Of a stretch of 64,000 nucleotides of DNA, positions 39,214 to 51,347 are shown one piece after another. This DNA is from Macrostomum hystrix. Taxonomy: Eukaryota; Animalia; Platyhelminthes. Positions within the stretch are counted from its first letter, which is position 1, and each line of letters starts with the position of its first letter. A program made the translations under genes and the position numbers. The stretch spans positions 3,038,001-3,102,000 of the forward strand of contig CATNEN010000029.1 in the NCBI GenBank assembly GCA_950097015.1, in the 5' to 3' direction. Below the pieces are notes generated by a model, which worked only from the letters and a program-made list of their open reading frames with translations, did not search any database and had not been told where the DNA came from.

Positions 39214-39879
39214 ATCTCTGATTTCTCACATCTCTACCAATGATTTATCTCTGATTTCCCACATCTCTACCAATGATTTATCTCTGATCATTGGTAGAGA
39301 TGTGAGAAATCAGAGATAAATCATTGGTAGAGATGTGAGAAATCAGAGATAATTCATTGGTAGAGATGTGAGAAATCACAGATAAATCATTGGTAGAGAT
39401 GTGAGAAATCAGAGATAAATCATTGGTAGAGATGTGAGAAATCAGAGATAAATCATTGGTAGAGATGTGGGAAATCAGAGATAAATCATTGGTAGAGATG
39501 TGAGAAATCAGAGATAAATCATTGGTAGAGATGTGAGAAATCAGAGATAAATCATTGGTAGAGATGTGAGAAATCAGAGATAAATCATTGGTAGAGATGT
39601 GGGAAATCAGAGATAAATCATTGGTAGAGATGTGAGAAATCAGAGATAAATCATTGGTAGAGATGTGAGAAATCACAGATAAATCATTGGTAGAGATGTG
39701 AGAAATCAGAGATATATCATTGGTAGAGATGTGAGAAATCACAGATATATAATTGGTAGAGATGTGAGAAATCAGAGATAAATCATTGGTAGAGATGTGA
39801 GAAATCAGAGATAAATCATTGGTAGAGATGTGAGAAATCACAGATAAATCATTGGTGATTTCTCACATCTCTACCAATG
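39214..39879. repeat. 33-bp minisatellite with internal inversion
   Basis: Unit TCATTGGTAGAGATGTGAGAAATCAGAGATAAA; flanking units are in the opposite orientation. Confidence 0.94.
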
Positions 39880-40317
39880 TCCCTTCAGTATGTTGCTGTA
39901 CTTATCAGCTATTTGAGCAGTGAGCAGTTTGAGTCCAATTTTCCTGATTAAATCGCGTTCACACTTGGCGCACGCTTCAACAAACACTTATAAAAGGACT
40001 GGAACTGTACCCGGACAAATTTATTTGTGGTTGTTTAACGGCGAATTAATCAGGAATAATAAAATCAGAGCCGCAATACGATAAGATAGTAATAATTAAT
40101 AAATTTGCTAATGAAATAGATTTCCCGTTGGCTGGACAGAGCATTGTTGACTGAGGCAGGCGCGAATGCCAAGATTTGAGTAGGCAGAGAGGGGGCCGTG
40201 AATTCTGCTCTGCCACTTTGCCCCCATCAGGTGTTGTTTGCTCAGCAGCAGCAGCAGCAGCAGAATAAGGTAGATAAATAATCGGCAAGGTGGGAGAAAC
40301 AGTAAGACTTATTTTGG

Positions 40318-41140
40318 ATTAGCCCCAGTCGCATTAGCCAGAACCATTAATTAGACCCATTAGTTAGTTCTATTAGCCAATCCCAATAGCCAGCCCGATT
40401 AGCCACTTCCATTATCCAGACCCATTAATTGTTTGTTCTCTTAGCCAGTCCCACTAGCCAGTCCCATTAGCCAGTCCCATTAGCCAGTCCCATTAGCCAG
40501 TCCCATTAGCCAGTCCTATTAGCCAGTACTTTAGCCAGTCTCATTAGCCAGTCCCTTTAACCATTCCCATTAGCCAGTCCCATTAGCCAGTCCTATTAGC
40601 CAGTCCCTTCAACCATTCCCATTAGCCAGTCCCATTAGCCAGTCCCTCAACCATTCCTATTAGCCAGTACTTTAGCTAATCTCATTAGTTAGGCACATTA
40701 GCCAGTCCCTTCAACCATTCCCATTAGCCAGTCCCATTAGCCAGTCCCATTAGCCAGTCCCTTCAACCATTCCCATTAGCCAGTCCCTTCAACCATTCCT
40801 ATTAGCCAGTACTTTAGCTAATCTCATTAGTTAGGCCCATTAGCCAGTCCCTTCAACCATTCCCATTAGCCAGTCCCATTAGCCAGTCCCATTAGCCAGT
40901 CCCATTAGCCAGTCCCTTCAACCATTCCCATTAGCCAGTCCCATTAGCCAGTCCCTTCAACCATTCCTATTAGCCAGTCCCATTAGCCAGTCCCATTAGC
41001 CAGTCCCTTCAACCATTCCTATTAGCCAGTCCTATTAGCCAGTCCCATTAGTTAGTTCAATTAGCCAGTCCCAGCAGCCAGTCTCATTAACCAGTCCCAT
41101 TAGTTAGTCCAATTAGCCAGTCCCATTAGCCAGTCCCATC
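40318..41140. repeat. 13-bp minisatellite
   Basis: Unit CCCATTAGCCAGT with CCCTTCAACCATT interruptions. Confidence 0.9.
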
Positions 41141-41558
41141 AGTCTGTCACAGCAAGTTCCCAGCGGCTCAGACAGCACTGGTGTCTCCCACTGTACCGAG
41201 TCAGCTAGTCGTTCAAGAATGCTATCGATTTTCTGGATTACTCAGCATTCTCAGCAGGAAAAAATTCTGCTTTCAAAAAGTGAAAGCGAAAAGCATTTCA
41301 TTTTATTTCTGGCAAGCATGCATGCGAGAAATTCCAGGCGCACACCTGCACTAAAGAGGCTCTTTCTAAGAAAGCAGCATTCCAAGAAGTGTGCCTCCCA
41401 GAGATAAGTGGAGCTGCTGAGTGAGGCTGGGGCGATGCAAACAGATGATTGGCTGGTGGGGTCCTGCCTGCCTGTGTCTCACTCTCTCTTGCCCTTATTA
41501 CCTCGGATGGCAACGGTTGCCGGGGGGGGGCGGAGAGCACAGGTGAGCAGGAGCAGCC

Positions 41559-41935
41559 ATGTCAGGAATGGGCACACTGCGCGAACTGCAGCTGACTTTG
41601 CAACAGAAAATTGCCGAGCTAAGCCAGCGAGATCGCCTCATTGACGAGCTGGAAGCCGAGCTCGAGGCGCGCGACTTCCAGATTGAGCGGCTCCGCGCCG
41701 AGGTCGACCGACTGCGCGCCCAGCTGGCGGCACAGTCTTCGCGTCGAAGGCAGCAGCCGGAGACGCCAGGAGCTTCGGCGGCCGCTTCGCCGATTCTTCA
41801 GCGCCAGATAAGCGCAGCCAGGGCCATCGGGCAGCAGCTGCCGCAGCCGCCGCGCACCAAACGGGTGGCGATCAGCGGGGAGTCCTCCAACGAGCTGGCG
41901 CTCTACGATGTTAAGCCGTGCGAGAAGTCGCAGCG
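41559..41935 (+). CDS. PRKG1: cGMP-dependent protein kinase, alternative first exon 1b (I-beta-like)
   Basis: MGTLRELQLTLQQKIAELSQRDRLIDELEAEL resembles vertebrate PKG I-beta [32 protein letters not shown]; pseudosubstrate PRTKRVAISGE; CG|GTGAG phase-2 donor; spliced product 707 aa. Confidence 0.92.
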
Positions 41936-42066
41936 GTGAGAACAGAAGAGCGAGGGTTAGAACTAGGGTGAGAATTAGGGTGGAAATTGGGTGAGAATTA
42001 GGGTGGAAATTGGGTGAGAATTAGGGTGAGAATTTGGGTGAGAATTTGGTGAGAATTATCGTGGTG

Positions 42067-42402
42067 AGTGGCAGAGCTGTCTGACGCACCGAAGTCCCTG
42101 AGCTCGATTCCGCGGCGAGGCCACATTCATATTGGGCGCGTAGAGAAGACTTGGTGGCGGCTTTTCGTGCAATTTACGCCCTTAAGTGCCAACCTCCAAT
42201 GCACAGTGAGAGTGTACACTGCCTGGTCGATGAGAAAGTGAGGGAGTCAGAAAGTCAGATGTACACACCTCTGTGTGAGCGTATGCCTGTGTACAGTTTC
42301 CGTGCGAGTGTGTGCTCAAGAGTCAGTGGTATGGGAAGAGAATTGCCTCCTCGCTGGCTGCAGGTATAGTGTCGCCAACAGATGTGCCATTGCCCACAGG
42401 CC
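42067..42402 (+). mobile_element. SINE family A copy in PKG intron 1
   Basis: AGTGGCAGAGC A box, GCTCGATTCC B box (42102-42111), shared body. Confidence 0.8.
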
Positions 42403-44033
42403 TGAGAATGAGAACGAGAATGAGTCTGCAGTGAGGAATGAGAAGTACAGTGAGGAAGTAGAGTGAGGAATGAGAAGTAGATTAAGGAATGAAAAGTAGA
42501 TTAAGGAATGAGAAGTAGATTGAGGAAGTCGAGTGAGGAATTAGAGTGAGGAATGAGAAGTAGATTACGGAATGAGAGGTCGAGTGAGGAATGAGAAGTA
42601 GATTAAGGAATGAGAAGTCGATTGAGGAAGTAGAGTGAGGAATGAGAAGTAGAGGGAGGAATGAGAAGTAGAGTGAGGAATGAGAAGTAGAGTGAGGAAT
42701 GAGAAGTAGAGTGAGGAATGAGAAGTAGATTGAGGAAGTAGAGTGAGGAATGAGAAGTAGAGTGAGGAAGTAGAGTGAGGAATGAGAAGTCGAGTGAGGA
42801 ATGAGAAGTCGAGTGAGGAAGTAGAGAGAGGAATGAGAAGTAGAGTGAGGAATGAGAAGTAGATTGAGGAAGTAGAGTGAGGAATGAGAAGTCGAGTGAG
42901 GAATGAGAAGTAGAGTGAGGAATGAAAAGTAGAGTGAGGAATGAGAAGTAGAGTGAGGAATGAGAAGTAGATTGAGGAAGTAAAGTGAGGAATGAGAGGT
43001 AGAGTGAGGAATGAGAAGTAGATTAAGGAATGAGAGGTAGAGTGAGGAATGAGAAGTAGATTAAGGAATGAGAAGTCGATTAAGGAATGAGAAGTAGATT
43101 AAGAAATGAGAAGTAGATTGAGGAAGTCGAGTGAGGAATTAGAGTGAGGAATGAGAAGTAGATTAAGGAATGAGAGGTAGAGTGAGGAATGAGAAGTAGA
43201 GTGAGGAATGAGAAGTAGATTTAGGAAGTCGAGTGAGTGAGGAAGTAGAGTGAGGAATGAGAAGTCGAGTGAGGAAGTAGAGTGAGGAATGAGAAGTAGA
43301 GTGAGGAATGAGAAGTAGAGTGAGGAATGAGAAGTAGATTGAGGAATTCGAGTAAGGAAGTAGAGTGAGGAATGAGAAGTAGATTAAGGAATGAGAAGTA
43401 GATTGAGGAAGTAGAGTGAGGAATGAGAAGTAGAGTGAGGAATGAGAAGTAGATTGAGGAAGTAGAGTGAGGAATGAGAAGTAGATTGAGGAAGTAGATT
43501 GAGGAAGTAGAGTGAGGAATGAGAAGTATAGTGAGGAATGAGAAGTAGATTGAGGAAGTCGAGTAAGGAAGTAGAGTGAGGAATGAGAAGTAGATTGAGG
43601 AATTCGAGTAAGGAAGTAGAGTGAGGAATGAGAAGTAGATTAAGGAATGAGAAGTAGATTGAGGAAGTAGAGTGAGGAATGAGAAGTAGAGTGAGGAATG
43701 AGAAGTAGATTGAGGAAGTAGAGTAAGGAAGTAGAGTGAGGAATGAGAAGTAGATTGAGGAATGAGAAGTAGATTGAGGAAGTAGAGTGAGGAATGAGAA
43801 GTAGATTGAGGAAGTAGAGTGAGGAATGAGAAGTAGAGTGAGGAATGAGAAGTAGATTGAGGAAGTAGATTGAGGAAGTAGAGTGAGGAATGAGAAGTAG
43901 AGTGAGGAATGAGAAGTAGAGTGAGGAATGAGAAGTAGATTGAGGAAGTCGAGTGAGGAAGTAGAGTGAGGAATGAGAAGTAGATTGAGGAAGTAGAGTG
44001 AGGAATGAGAAGTAGAGTGAGGAATGAGAAGTA
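42403..44033. repeat. Purine-rich compound minisatellite (~12/19 bp)
   Basis: GAGTGAGGAATGAGAAGTA and GATTGAGGAAGTA units. Confidence 0.94.
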
Positions 44034-44517
44034 AGACGAGTAAGTGTGAAAGAAGTAGGGTGAGGATAGAGAAGAAAAGTTTCCTATTTGAAAAAATAAT
44101 GAATTAATATTAGGATTGAGAACTAGGGTCAGTGAGTTCTAGGGTGGGAGAGTGATGTTAAAATTAGAGTTGGATAAAAAGAAATTTTGTTGGAATTCTC
44201 AGCGCTGTAATTTAGCCGACTTTTAACAAATCATCATCAGAGTGGCTGTCAGAATCCCCTCAACTCACAGCATCAGTGCCGGGTCTTCTCTTCGAAATTC
44301 ATCGAGAGATGAAATCGAAGCCCCTATACCCTAGCCGCCTGACCCGTCTGGCTCAGTCAGTCATTCGCTTTCTGGTCACTACTACCAAGTGGACCCCATG
44401 TGTTGTTGAGCATTTGGAAATTTGAACAACATTTCAACTGAGGCTGCTGAGGCTGCGAATCGGCTTAACTGAGATTTCTGAGGCAAAATCTTATTCTTGC
44501 GAAATAATTATGTTTAT

Positions 44518-45068
44518 AAATAACTCTTGGGGAATTCCCAGCTGAATAATAACTCTTGGGGATTTCCCAGCTTACTAATAACTCTTGGGGATTTCCCAGC
44601 TTAATAAAAACTCCTAAGGAATTCCCATTTAAATAACAACTCTTTGGGAAATTCCCATCTAAAAAATAAGTCTTGGGGATTTCCCAGCTTAATAATAACT
44701 CTTGGGGATTTCCCAGCTTAATAATAACTCCTAAGGAATTCCCATTTAAATAACAACTCTTTGGGAAATTCCCATCTAAAAAATAACTCTTGGGGATTTC
44801 CCAGCTTAATAATAACTCTTGGGGATTTCCCAGCTTAATAATAACTCCTAAGGAATTCCCATTAAAAGAACAACTCTTTGGGAAATTCTCAGCTAAATAA
44901 TAACTCTTGGGGATTTCCCAGCTTAATAATAACTCTTATGGAATTCCCATTTAAATAACAACTCTTTGGGGAATTCCCATCTAAATAATAACTCTTGGGG
45001 ATTTCCCATTTAAATAACAACTCTTGGGGAATTCCCAGATACATATATTTTAGGAATTCCCCAGCTTA
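44518..45068. repeat. ~28-bp minisatellite before PKG exon 2
   Basis: AATAACTCTTGGGGATTTCCCAGCTTA variants. Confidence 0.9.
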
Positions 45069-45123
45069 AAATAATTCAAAGCTTCTGGAAGCTTGTTATC
45101 AACTTGTCGCATTGTTCATACAG

Positions 45124-45290
45124 CACTCGAGACCTCATCAAGCGGGCCATACTAGAGAATGCCTTCATGAAGAACCTGGAGAACGCCCAGATCAGCGAGA
45201 TCATCGACTACATGTACCCAGTGTCGCACAAGGGTCACGCGCTTATCATCAAACTTGGAGAAGTCGGCAGTCTAGTTTACGTAATGGAAG
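45124..45290 (+). CDS. PRKG1: PKG exon 2 (start of cNMP-binding domain A)
   Basis: CATACAG acceptor; [18 protein letters not shown]...VGSLVYVME; phase-1 donor. Confidence 0.95.
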
Positions 45291-45381
45291 GTGATTTGAG
45301 TTAATAGTTTTGCCTAACATACTTCACTCCAATGGACCGATTAAGTTTGCAATCGATTCGAAAATTAAACCAATTTTAAAG

Positions 45382-45498
45382 AGGGCTCGGCCGAAGTCAC
45401 CAACACCAAAGGGGACAAGATTAATGAGATTGGACCGGGAACTGTCTTTGGAGAGCTGGCCATTCTCTATAACTGCAAACGGACCGCCACTGTTAAGG
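45382..45498 (+). CDS. PRKG1: PKG exon 3 (CNB-A phosphate-binding cassette)
   Basis: [22 protein letters not shown]; TTTTAAAG acceptor, GTAAG donor. Confidence 0.96.
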
Positions 45499-45599
45499 GT
45501 AAGTTTCTCCCCTCAACTTCCTCAGTTTTCCCTTTCTAGGAATCTTTATCTCAATGAGCCTCTCGTTTCCTTGAATCTATACTTCTCCTCTAGCCACTT

Positions 45600-46200
45600 T
45601 CGTCCTATTCCTCTCTTTCTATTCCTTCTATTCTCTTCTTCTATCCCTCTCCTTCTATTCCTCTCCCTCTATTCTTATCGTTATATTCATCTCCTTTTAT
45701 TCCTCTCCTTCTATTCCTCTCATTCTATTCCTCTCCTTGTATTTCTCTCCTTCTATTTCTCTCCTTCTACTCCTCTCCATCTATTCCTCTACTTTTATTA
45801 GACTCTATTCCTCTTCTTCTATTCCTTTCCTTCTATTCCTCTCTATTCCTCTTCTTCAATTTCTCTCCATCTAACCCTCTCCTTCTATTCCTCTCCCTCT
45901 CTTCTTATCGTTCTATTCCTCTCATTCTATTCCTCTCCTTCTATTCCTCTCGCTCTATTCCACTCCTTTTATTCCGTCCTTCTATCCCTCTCCTTATATT
46001 CCTCTCCCTCTATTCTTATCGTTCTATTTCTCTGCTTCTGTTCCTCTCATTCTATTTCTCTCTATTTCTCTCCTTCTATTCCTCTACTTCTATTGCTCTC
46101 CTTCTATTCATCTTGTTCTATTCCTCTCCTCCTATTCATCTCCTTCTGTTCCTCTCCTCCTATTCCTCCCCTCCTATTATTTTCCTCTCTCATTTTCCCA
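45600..46200. repeat. Degenerate pyrimidine-rich repeat (TTCTATTCCTCTC-like)
   Basis: Direct reading. Confidence 0.8.
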
Positions 46201-46802
46201 TCCTCCAATCTCTCACCACTCATTATTATTAGTTATTTTCCGCCCTGTAATCTGATCTGCTCTTATCTAACTTTCTACTGATAGTCTCATTTGTACCACT
46301 CAGGCCGTATCTTCAACTACTCAATTCGTTATAGGCAACCAACACACCATAAACCCTAGCTGTAGGCAAGAAGTAGCATTCCAAGAAAAGTTCTGTGTAA
46401 CAATATTCTAAATCATTTCCATCAGCTTTGTTACACACTAACTGACTGGCCTCACATACTTGCCTTTCTTGAGCTAGAGCTACGATACACGCTATCAACT
46501 TTCAGAACTCGCCTTTACTATGTTTATAGGGATTTGTGACAGAAATAATCGGTTTCGTGATTAGCACAATTAATTACCACTGTCCAGATGCTGAAATTCT
46601 AACAGAATGCCAGCCAGTTCTTCTCTCGCCAAGTTGGCAGATGAGCTGTAAAATATTGAACAGAAGAGACTGAAAATTAGAAAAATAACTGTGGGCAGAA
46701 TAGCACAGCATATTGGATGACTGACCAGATGCGGTTGAATAAATATGCAACAATCGATACTTAAGTATCGCCGCAAATCACTGCCAACCTGTTTGCTCAT
46801 TC

Positions 46803-47837
46803 TGTCACTCATTCACAACAGTCACTTATTCACGACAGTCACTTATTCACAACAGTCAATCATTCACAACTGTCACTTATTCACGACAGTCACTCATTCA
46901 CAACAGTCACCCATTCACAACTGTTACTCATTCACGACAGTCACTCATTCACAACAGTCACCCATTCACAACTGTTACTCATTCACAACTGTCACTCATT
47001 CACAACAGTCACTTATTCACAACTGCCACTCATTCACAACTGTTACTCATTCACGACAGTCACTCATTCACAACAGTCACCCATTCACAACTGTTACTCA
47101 TTCACAACTGTCACTCATTCACAACAGTCACTTATTCACAACTGCCACTCATTCACAACTGTCACTCATTCACAACTGCCACTCATTCACAACAGTCACT
47201 CATTCACAACAGTCACTCATTCACAACTGTCACTTATTCACGACAGTCACTCATTCACAACTGTCACTTATTCACGACAGTCACTTATTCACAACAGTCA
47301 CTCATTCACAACAGTCACTCATTCACAACTGTCACTCATTCACGACAGTCACTCACTCACAACAGTCACTCATTCACAACAGTCAATCATTCACAACTGT
47401 CACTTATTCACGAAAGTCACTCATTCACAACAGTCAGTAATTCACAACTGTCACTCATTAACAACAGTCACTCATTCACAACTGTCATTCATTCACAACA
47501 GTCACTCATTCACGACAGTCACTCACTCACAACAGTCACTCATTCACAACAGTCAATCATTCACAACTGTCACTTATTCACGAAAGTCACTCATTCACAA
47601 CAGTCAGTAATTCACAACTGTCACTCATTAACAACTGTCACTTATTCACGACAGTCACTTATTCACAACAGTCACTCATTCACAACAGTCACTCATTCAC
47701 AACTGTCACTCATTCACAACAGTCAATCATTCACAACTGTCACTTATTCACGAAAGTCACTCATTCACAACAGTCAGTAATTCACAACTGTCACTCATTA
47801 ACAACAGTCACTCATTCACAACTGTCACTTATTCACA
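46803..47837. repeat. 17-bp minisatellite
   Basis: Unit GTCACTCATTCACAAC(A/T). Confidence 0.95.
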
Positions 47838-48333
47838 GAGTCATTACTCATTATGTCAAACCCGGTGTTTCTACCTGAGATCCCAATTTAATCCCAGAAT
47901 AGCTCACAGATTAATCGCAAAGCCTAGCTTTGCAGGCAGTTCACTTGTTAATCAATCGGAATAAGCTATATTACTCGTAAACTATTCTGAACAGTCACAT
48001 TAATCCTGTGACGGCTTTATGACTTTACGGCGGCATTAGTCGTCAAGATTAAAGAATGCTCATCTAGGATAGGATTAATGCACCACATATGCAATTAAGC
48101 CACAAATCCTCTTTTCTCTTTTCAAGCAGCATTAATGCAATGGAAGTAGCTTGTTTTTAAGAGTCTGTACGGGAAGAGAGTATATGAAATTGCTAATTTT
48201 TTTTCTCACCTTGCAACAGAACAGAACGATAGAAATCAGGGAAAATGTCCCTCACCATAGATGGTTATGCAATTCTACCGCGCCTACTAAAAGTAGAGTA
48301 AGTAGTAGTTACAGAACCTTTTTTGTTTCGCAG

Positions 48334-48439
48334 CGCGGACAAACTGCAAACTGTGGGCCATAGACCGGCAGACCTTTCAGTCCATCATGATGAAGACTGG
48401 ACTACTCAAGCACAAAGAGTACATGGAGTTCCTGAAGAG
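48334..48439 (+). CDS. PRKG1: PKG exon 4
   Basis: [34 protein letters not shown]; canonical AG/GT. Confidence 0.97.
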
Positions 48440-48610
48440 GTGAAACTGCTTCTTTGAAATCCTCATTTGTTTATTTATTTAGTTAGTTTACGAGATAATA
48501 CTAAATTATGGGAATTAATAACCGACTCAAAACAATGCCATGACAACTGGATGACATGGTACAAAGCGTTATAGAGGCCTAAAAGAGTATTAATTTCGCC
48601 GTTTTTTCAA

Positions 48611-49896
48611 AGCGTTTAAGTCGCTAGAAAAGCGTTTGAGTAGTTGGGGAGACGTTTGAGTCCTTAGAGAAGCGTTTGAACTGTTATACGGAGCTAGAAC
48701 CGTTTGAGTCTTTTGATAAGCTTTTGAGTCGTTAAATAATAATTTGAGTCATTATATAATCGTTTGAGTCGTTAGAGAATCGTTTGGGTTGTTTTAGAAG
48801 CGTTTGAGTCTTTGGAGAAACATTTAAATCGTCACAGAATCGTTTGCGTCGTTATAGAATCGTTTGAGTCATTTTAGAATTGTTTAGGTAGTTTCATAAC
48901 CGTTTGAGTCGTTATATAATCGTTTGAGTCGTTAAAGAAGCGTTTGAGTCGTTAAAGGTGCGTTTGAGTCGTTTGAGAAGCGTTTGAGTCGTTAAAGGTG
49001 CGTTTGAGTCGTTTGAGAAGCGTTTGAGTCGTTAAAGGTGCGTTTGAGTCGTTTGAGAAGCGTTTGAGTCGATATAGAATCGTTTGAGTCGTTAAAGAAA
49101 CGTTTGAGTCGTTATAGCTAGAATCGCTTGAGTCGTTATAGAATCGTTTGAGTCGTTATAGAATTGCTTGAGTCGTTATAGAATCGCTTGAGTCGTTATA
49201 GAATCGCTTGAGTCGTTATAGAATCGCTTGAGTCGTTATAGAATCGCTTGAGTCGTTATATAATCGTTTGAGTCGTTAAAGAAGCGTTTGAGTCGTTAAA
49301 GGTGCGTTTGAGTCGTTTGAGAAGCGTTTGAGTCGTTAAAGGTGCGTTTGAGTCGTTTGAGAAGCGTTTGAGTCGTTAAAGGTGCGTTTGAGTCGTTTGA
49401 GAAGCGTTTGAGTCGATATAGAATCGTTTGAGTCGTTATAGAATCGCTTGAATCGTTATAGAACCGCTTGAGTCGTTATAGAATCGTTTGAGTCGTTAAA
49501 GAAACGTTTGAGTCGTTATAGCTAGAATCGCTTGAGTCGTTATAGAATCGTTTGAGTCGTTATAGAATTGCTTGAGTCGTTATAGAATCGCTTGAGTCGT
49601 TATAGAATCGCTTGAGTCGTTATAGAATCGCTTGAGTCGTTATAGAATCGCTTGAGTCGTTATAGAATCGCTTGAGTCGTTATAGAATCGTTTGAGTCGT
49701 TTTAGAATTGTTTGAGTCGTTAAAGAATCCCTTGAGTCGTTATAGAATCGCTTGAGTCGTTATAGCTAGAATCGCTTGAGTCGTTATAGAATCGTTTGAG
49801 TCGTTATAGCTAGAATCGCTTGAGTCGTTATACTCGTAGAATCGTTTGAGTCGTTATAGAATCGTTTGAGTCGTTTTAGAATTGTTTGAGTCGTTA
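48611..49896. repeat. 20-bp minisatellite
   Basis: Unit TAGAATCG(T/C)TTGAGTCGTTA and variants. Confidence 0.94.
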
Positions 49897-49932
49897 GGTG
49901 TGACGGTGTCACACCACCGTCCGGCATTTCAG

Positions 49933-50169
49933 CGTCCCAGCCTTCAAGGAGCTTCCAGGCGAGACGCTGAGCAAATTGGCTGACGTGCTGGAAGCGGATC
50001 ACTACGGCGACGGCGAGTACATTATCAGGCAGGGCGCCAAGGGAAACACGTTCTACATCATAGCCAAGGGCAATGTTCGCGTCACAAAGCGAGATTCAAC
50101 CAGCGGCGAGACAGCCTACATTCGAAATATGGGCAAGGGCGACTGGTTCGGCGAGAAGGCGCTAAATGA
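49933..50169 (+). CDS. PRKG1: PKG exon 5 (CNB-B)
   Basis: [20 protein letters not shown]...[14 protein letters not shown]...[12 protein letters not shown]. Confidence 0.97.
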
Positions 50170-50485
50170 GTGAGTCAGGGGACTAGTCAGAGTTTTTTTC
50201 TTGTGGTGGGCATCGTTAAAAATTAACTTAGGCGCCCAGAGGTAATCGCTACATTTTACTTCCTTCTTTATGCGATATTCTCCGAGTAAAGTTAATCGCT
50301 AATATACGAGTTGACAAATGAAGCTTGAAGCATTCATTAAAATACTTCTCGATAATTCGGAAATTACAGGTGTATATAAAATAATTATTGCTAAATTTTT
50401 CTTAGAAAGATTTTTGACTGGTTAAAACGAATGCAATTTCTAGAGATATTTTTCTAACTAAAGATTTTTTCTTGCCGAAATGGTA

Positions 50486-50722
50486 ACCTTGCACTTTTAG
50501 GTTGCTGGTCACGTGACTTTGCAGTTTCACGGATCAAGTCACGTGACCTTGCACTTTTAGGTTGCTGGTCACGTGACTTTGCAGTTTCACGGATCAAGTC
50601 GCGTGACCTTGCACTTTTAGGTAGCTGGTCACGTGACTTTGCAGTTTCACGGATCAAGTCGCGTGACCTTGCACTTTTAGGTTGCTGGTCACGTGACTAT
50701 GCACTTAGCTAGGCACGTGACT
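50486..50722. repeat. 30/60-bp repeat carrying GTCACGTGAC palindromes
   Basis: Perfect GTCACGTGAC at 50508, 50538, 50568, 50628 and 50688, plus one outside the array at 50826. Confidence 0.9.
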
Positions 50723-50846
50723 TACCAGCTAATAGTCAAGAGACTTTGCAGATGCTGTTAAAATCTGAGTATATGACTGTTCTTTTTTGTTGCTCATTTT
50801 CATAACATGACTTTGTACTTATATAGTCACGTGACTACGATTTTAG

Positions 50847-50918
50847 TGAAGACGTTCGGACTGCCAACATTGTGGTGGAAGATCCAAATGGTGTCGATTG
50901 TCTAGTGCTAAATCGAGA
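50847..50918 (+). CDS. PRKG1: PKG exon 6
   Basis: EDVRTANIVVEDPNGVDCLVLNR; phase 2/2. Confidence 0.95.
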
Positions 50919-50995
50919 GTAAGTAAATTTTTGAATTTTAAATACAATTTTTATCAGTCAGATGCAAAAACTACTGACTAGATTTTTGTTTTCAG

Positions 50996-51064
50996 ATCCT
51001 ATAAACAGCTGATCGGTGATTTGGCCAGCTTCGATAGAAAGTATCCAGATGAACAGGCACAGAA
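50996..51064 (+). CDS. PRKG1: PKG exon 7
   Basis: SYKQLIGDLASFDRKYPDEQAQ; phase 2/2. Confidence 0.93.
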
Positions 51065-51165
51065 GTGAGAACACTGAGAAATAAATAAAATGTGAAAATT
51101 TGACGATTAACGAGTCGTGAAACCTAGCTGTTCAAAACTCAGCATTTTTTGCAACCAAACTTCAG

Positions 51166-51259
51166 GCCGAAGCGTTCTGAAGAGTTCAGAAACCTCACCC
51201 TGAAGGACCTGTACATTGTGGCAACGCTCGGTGTTGGAGGCTTTGGACGAGTGGAACTC
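51166..51259 (+). CDS. PRKG1: PKG exon 8 (kinase Gly-loop)
   Basis: ATLGVGGFGRVEL; phase-0 donor. Confidence 0.97.
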
Positions 51260-51347
51260 GTGAGCTTGGGGTGGGAGAAGTGAGAAAATTCAAAGATTAG
51301 ATTAGGGTAAGCAGATCTTCAGATAAAGACGTAGATGTTGATTCAGT

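Noticed and set aside
36188-39841. QQAIEALES, AARIAART, LAAILA and ISHISTND ORFs
   Set aside because: Translations of intronic minisatellites
41945-42060. TTAGGG words suggesting an interstitial telomere
   Set aside because: Only a few isolated hexamers within a 12-bp degenerate repeat, not (TTAGGG)n
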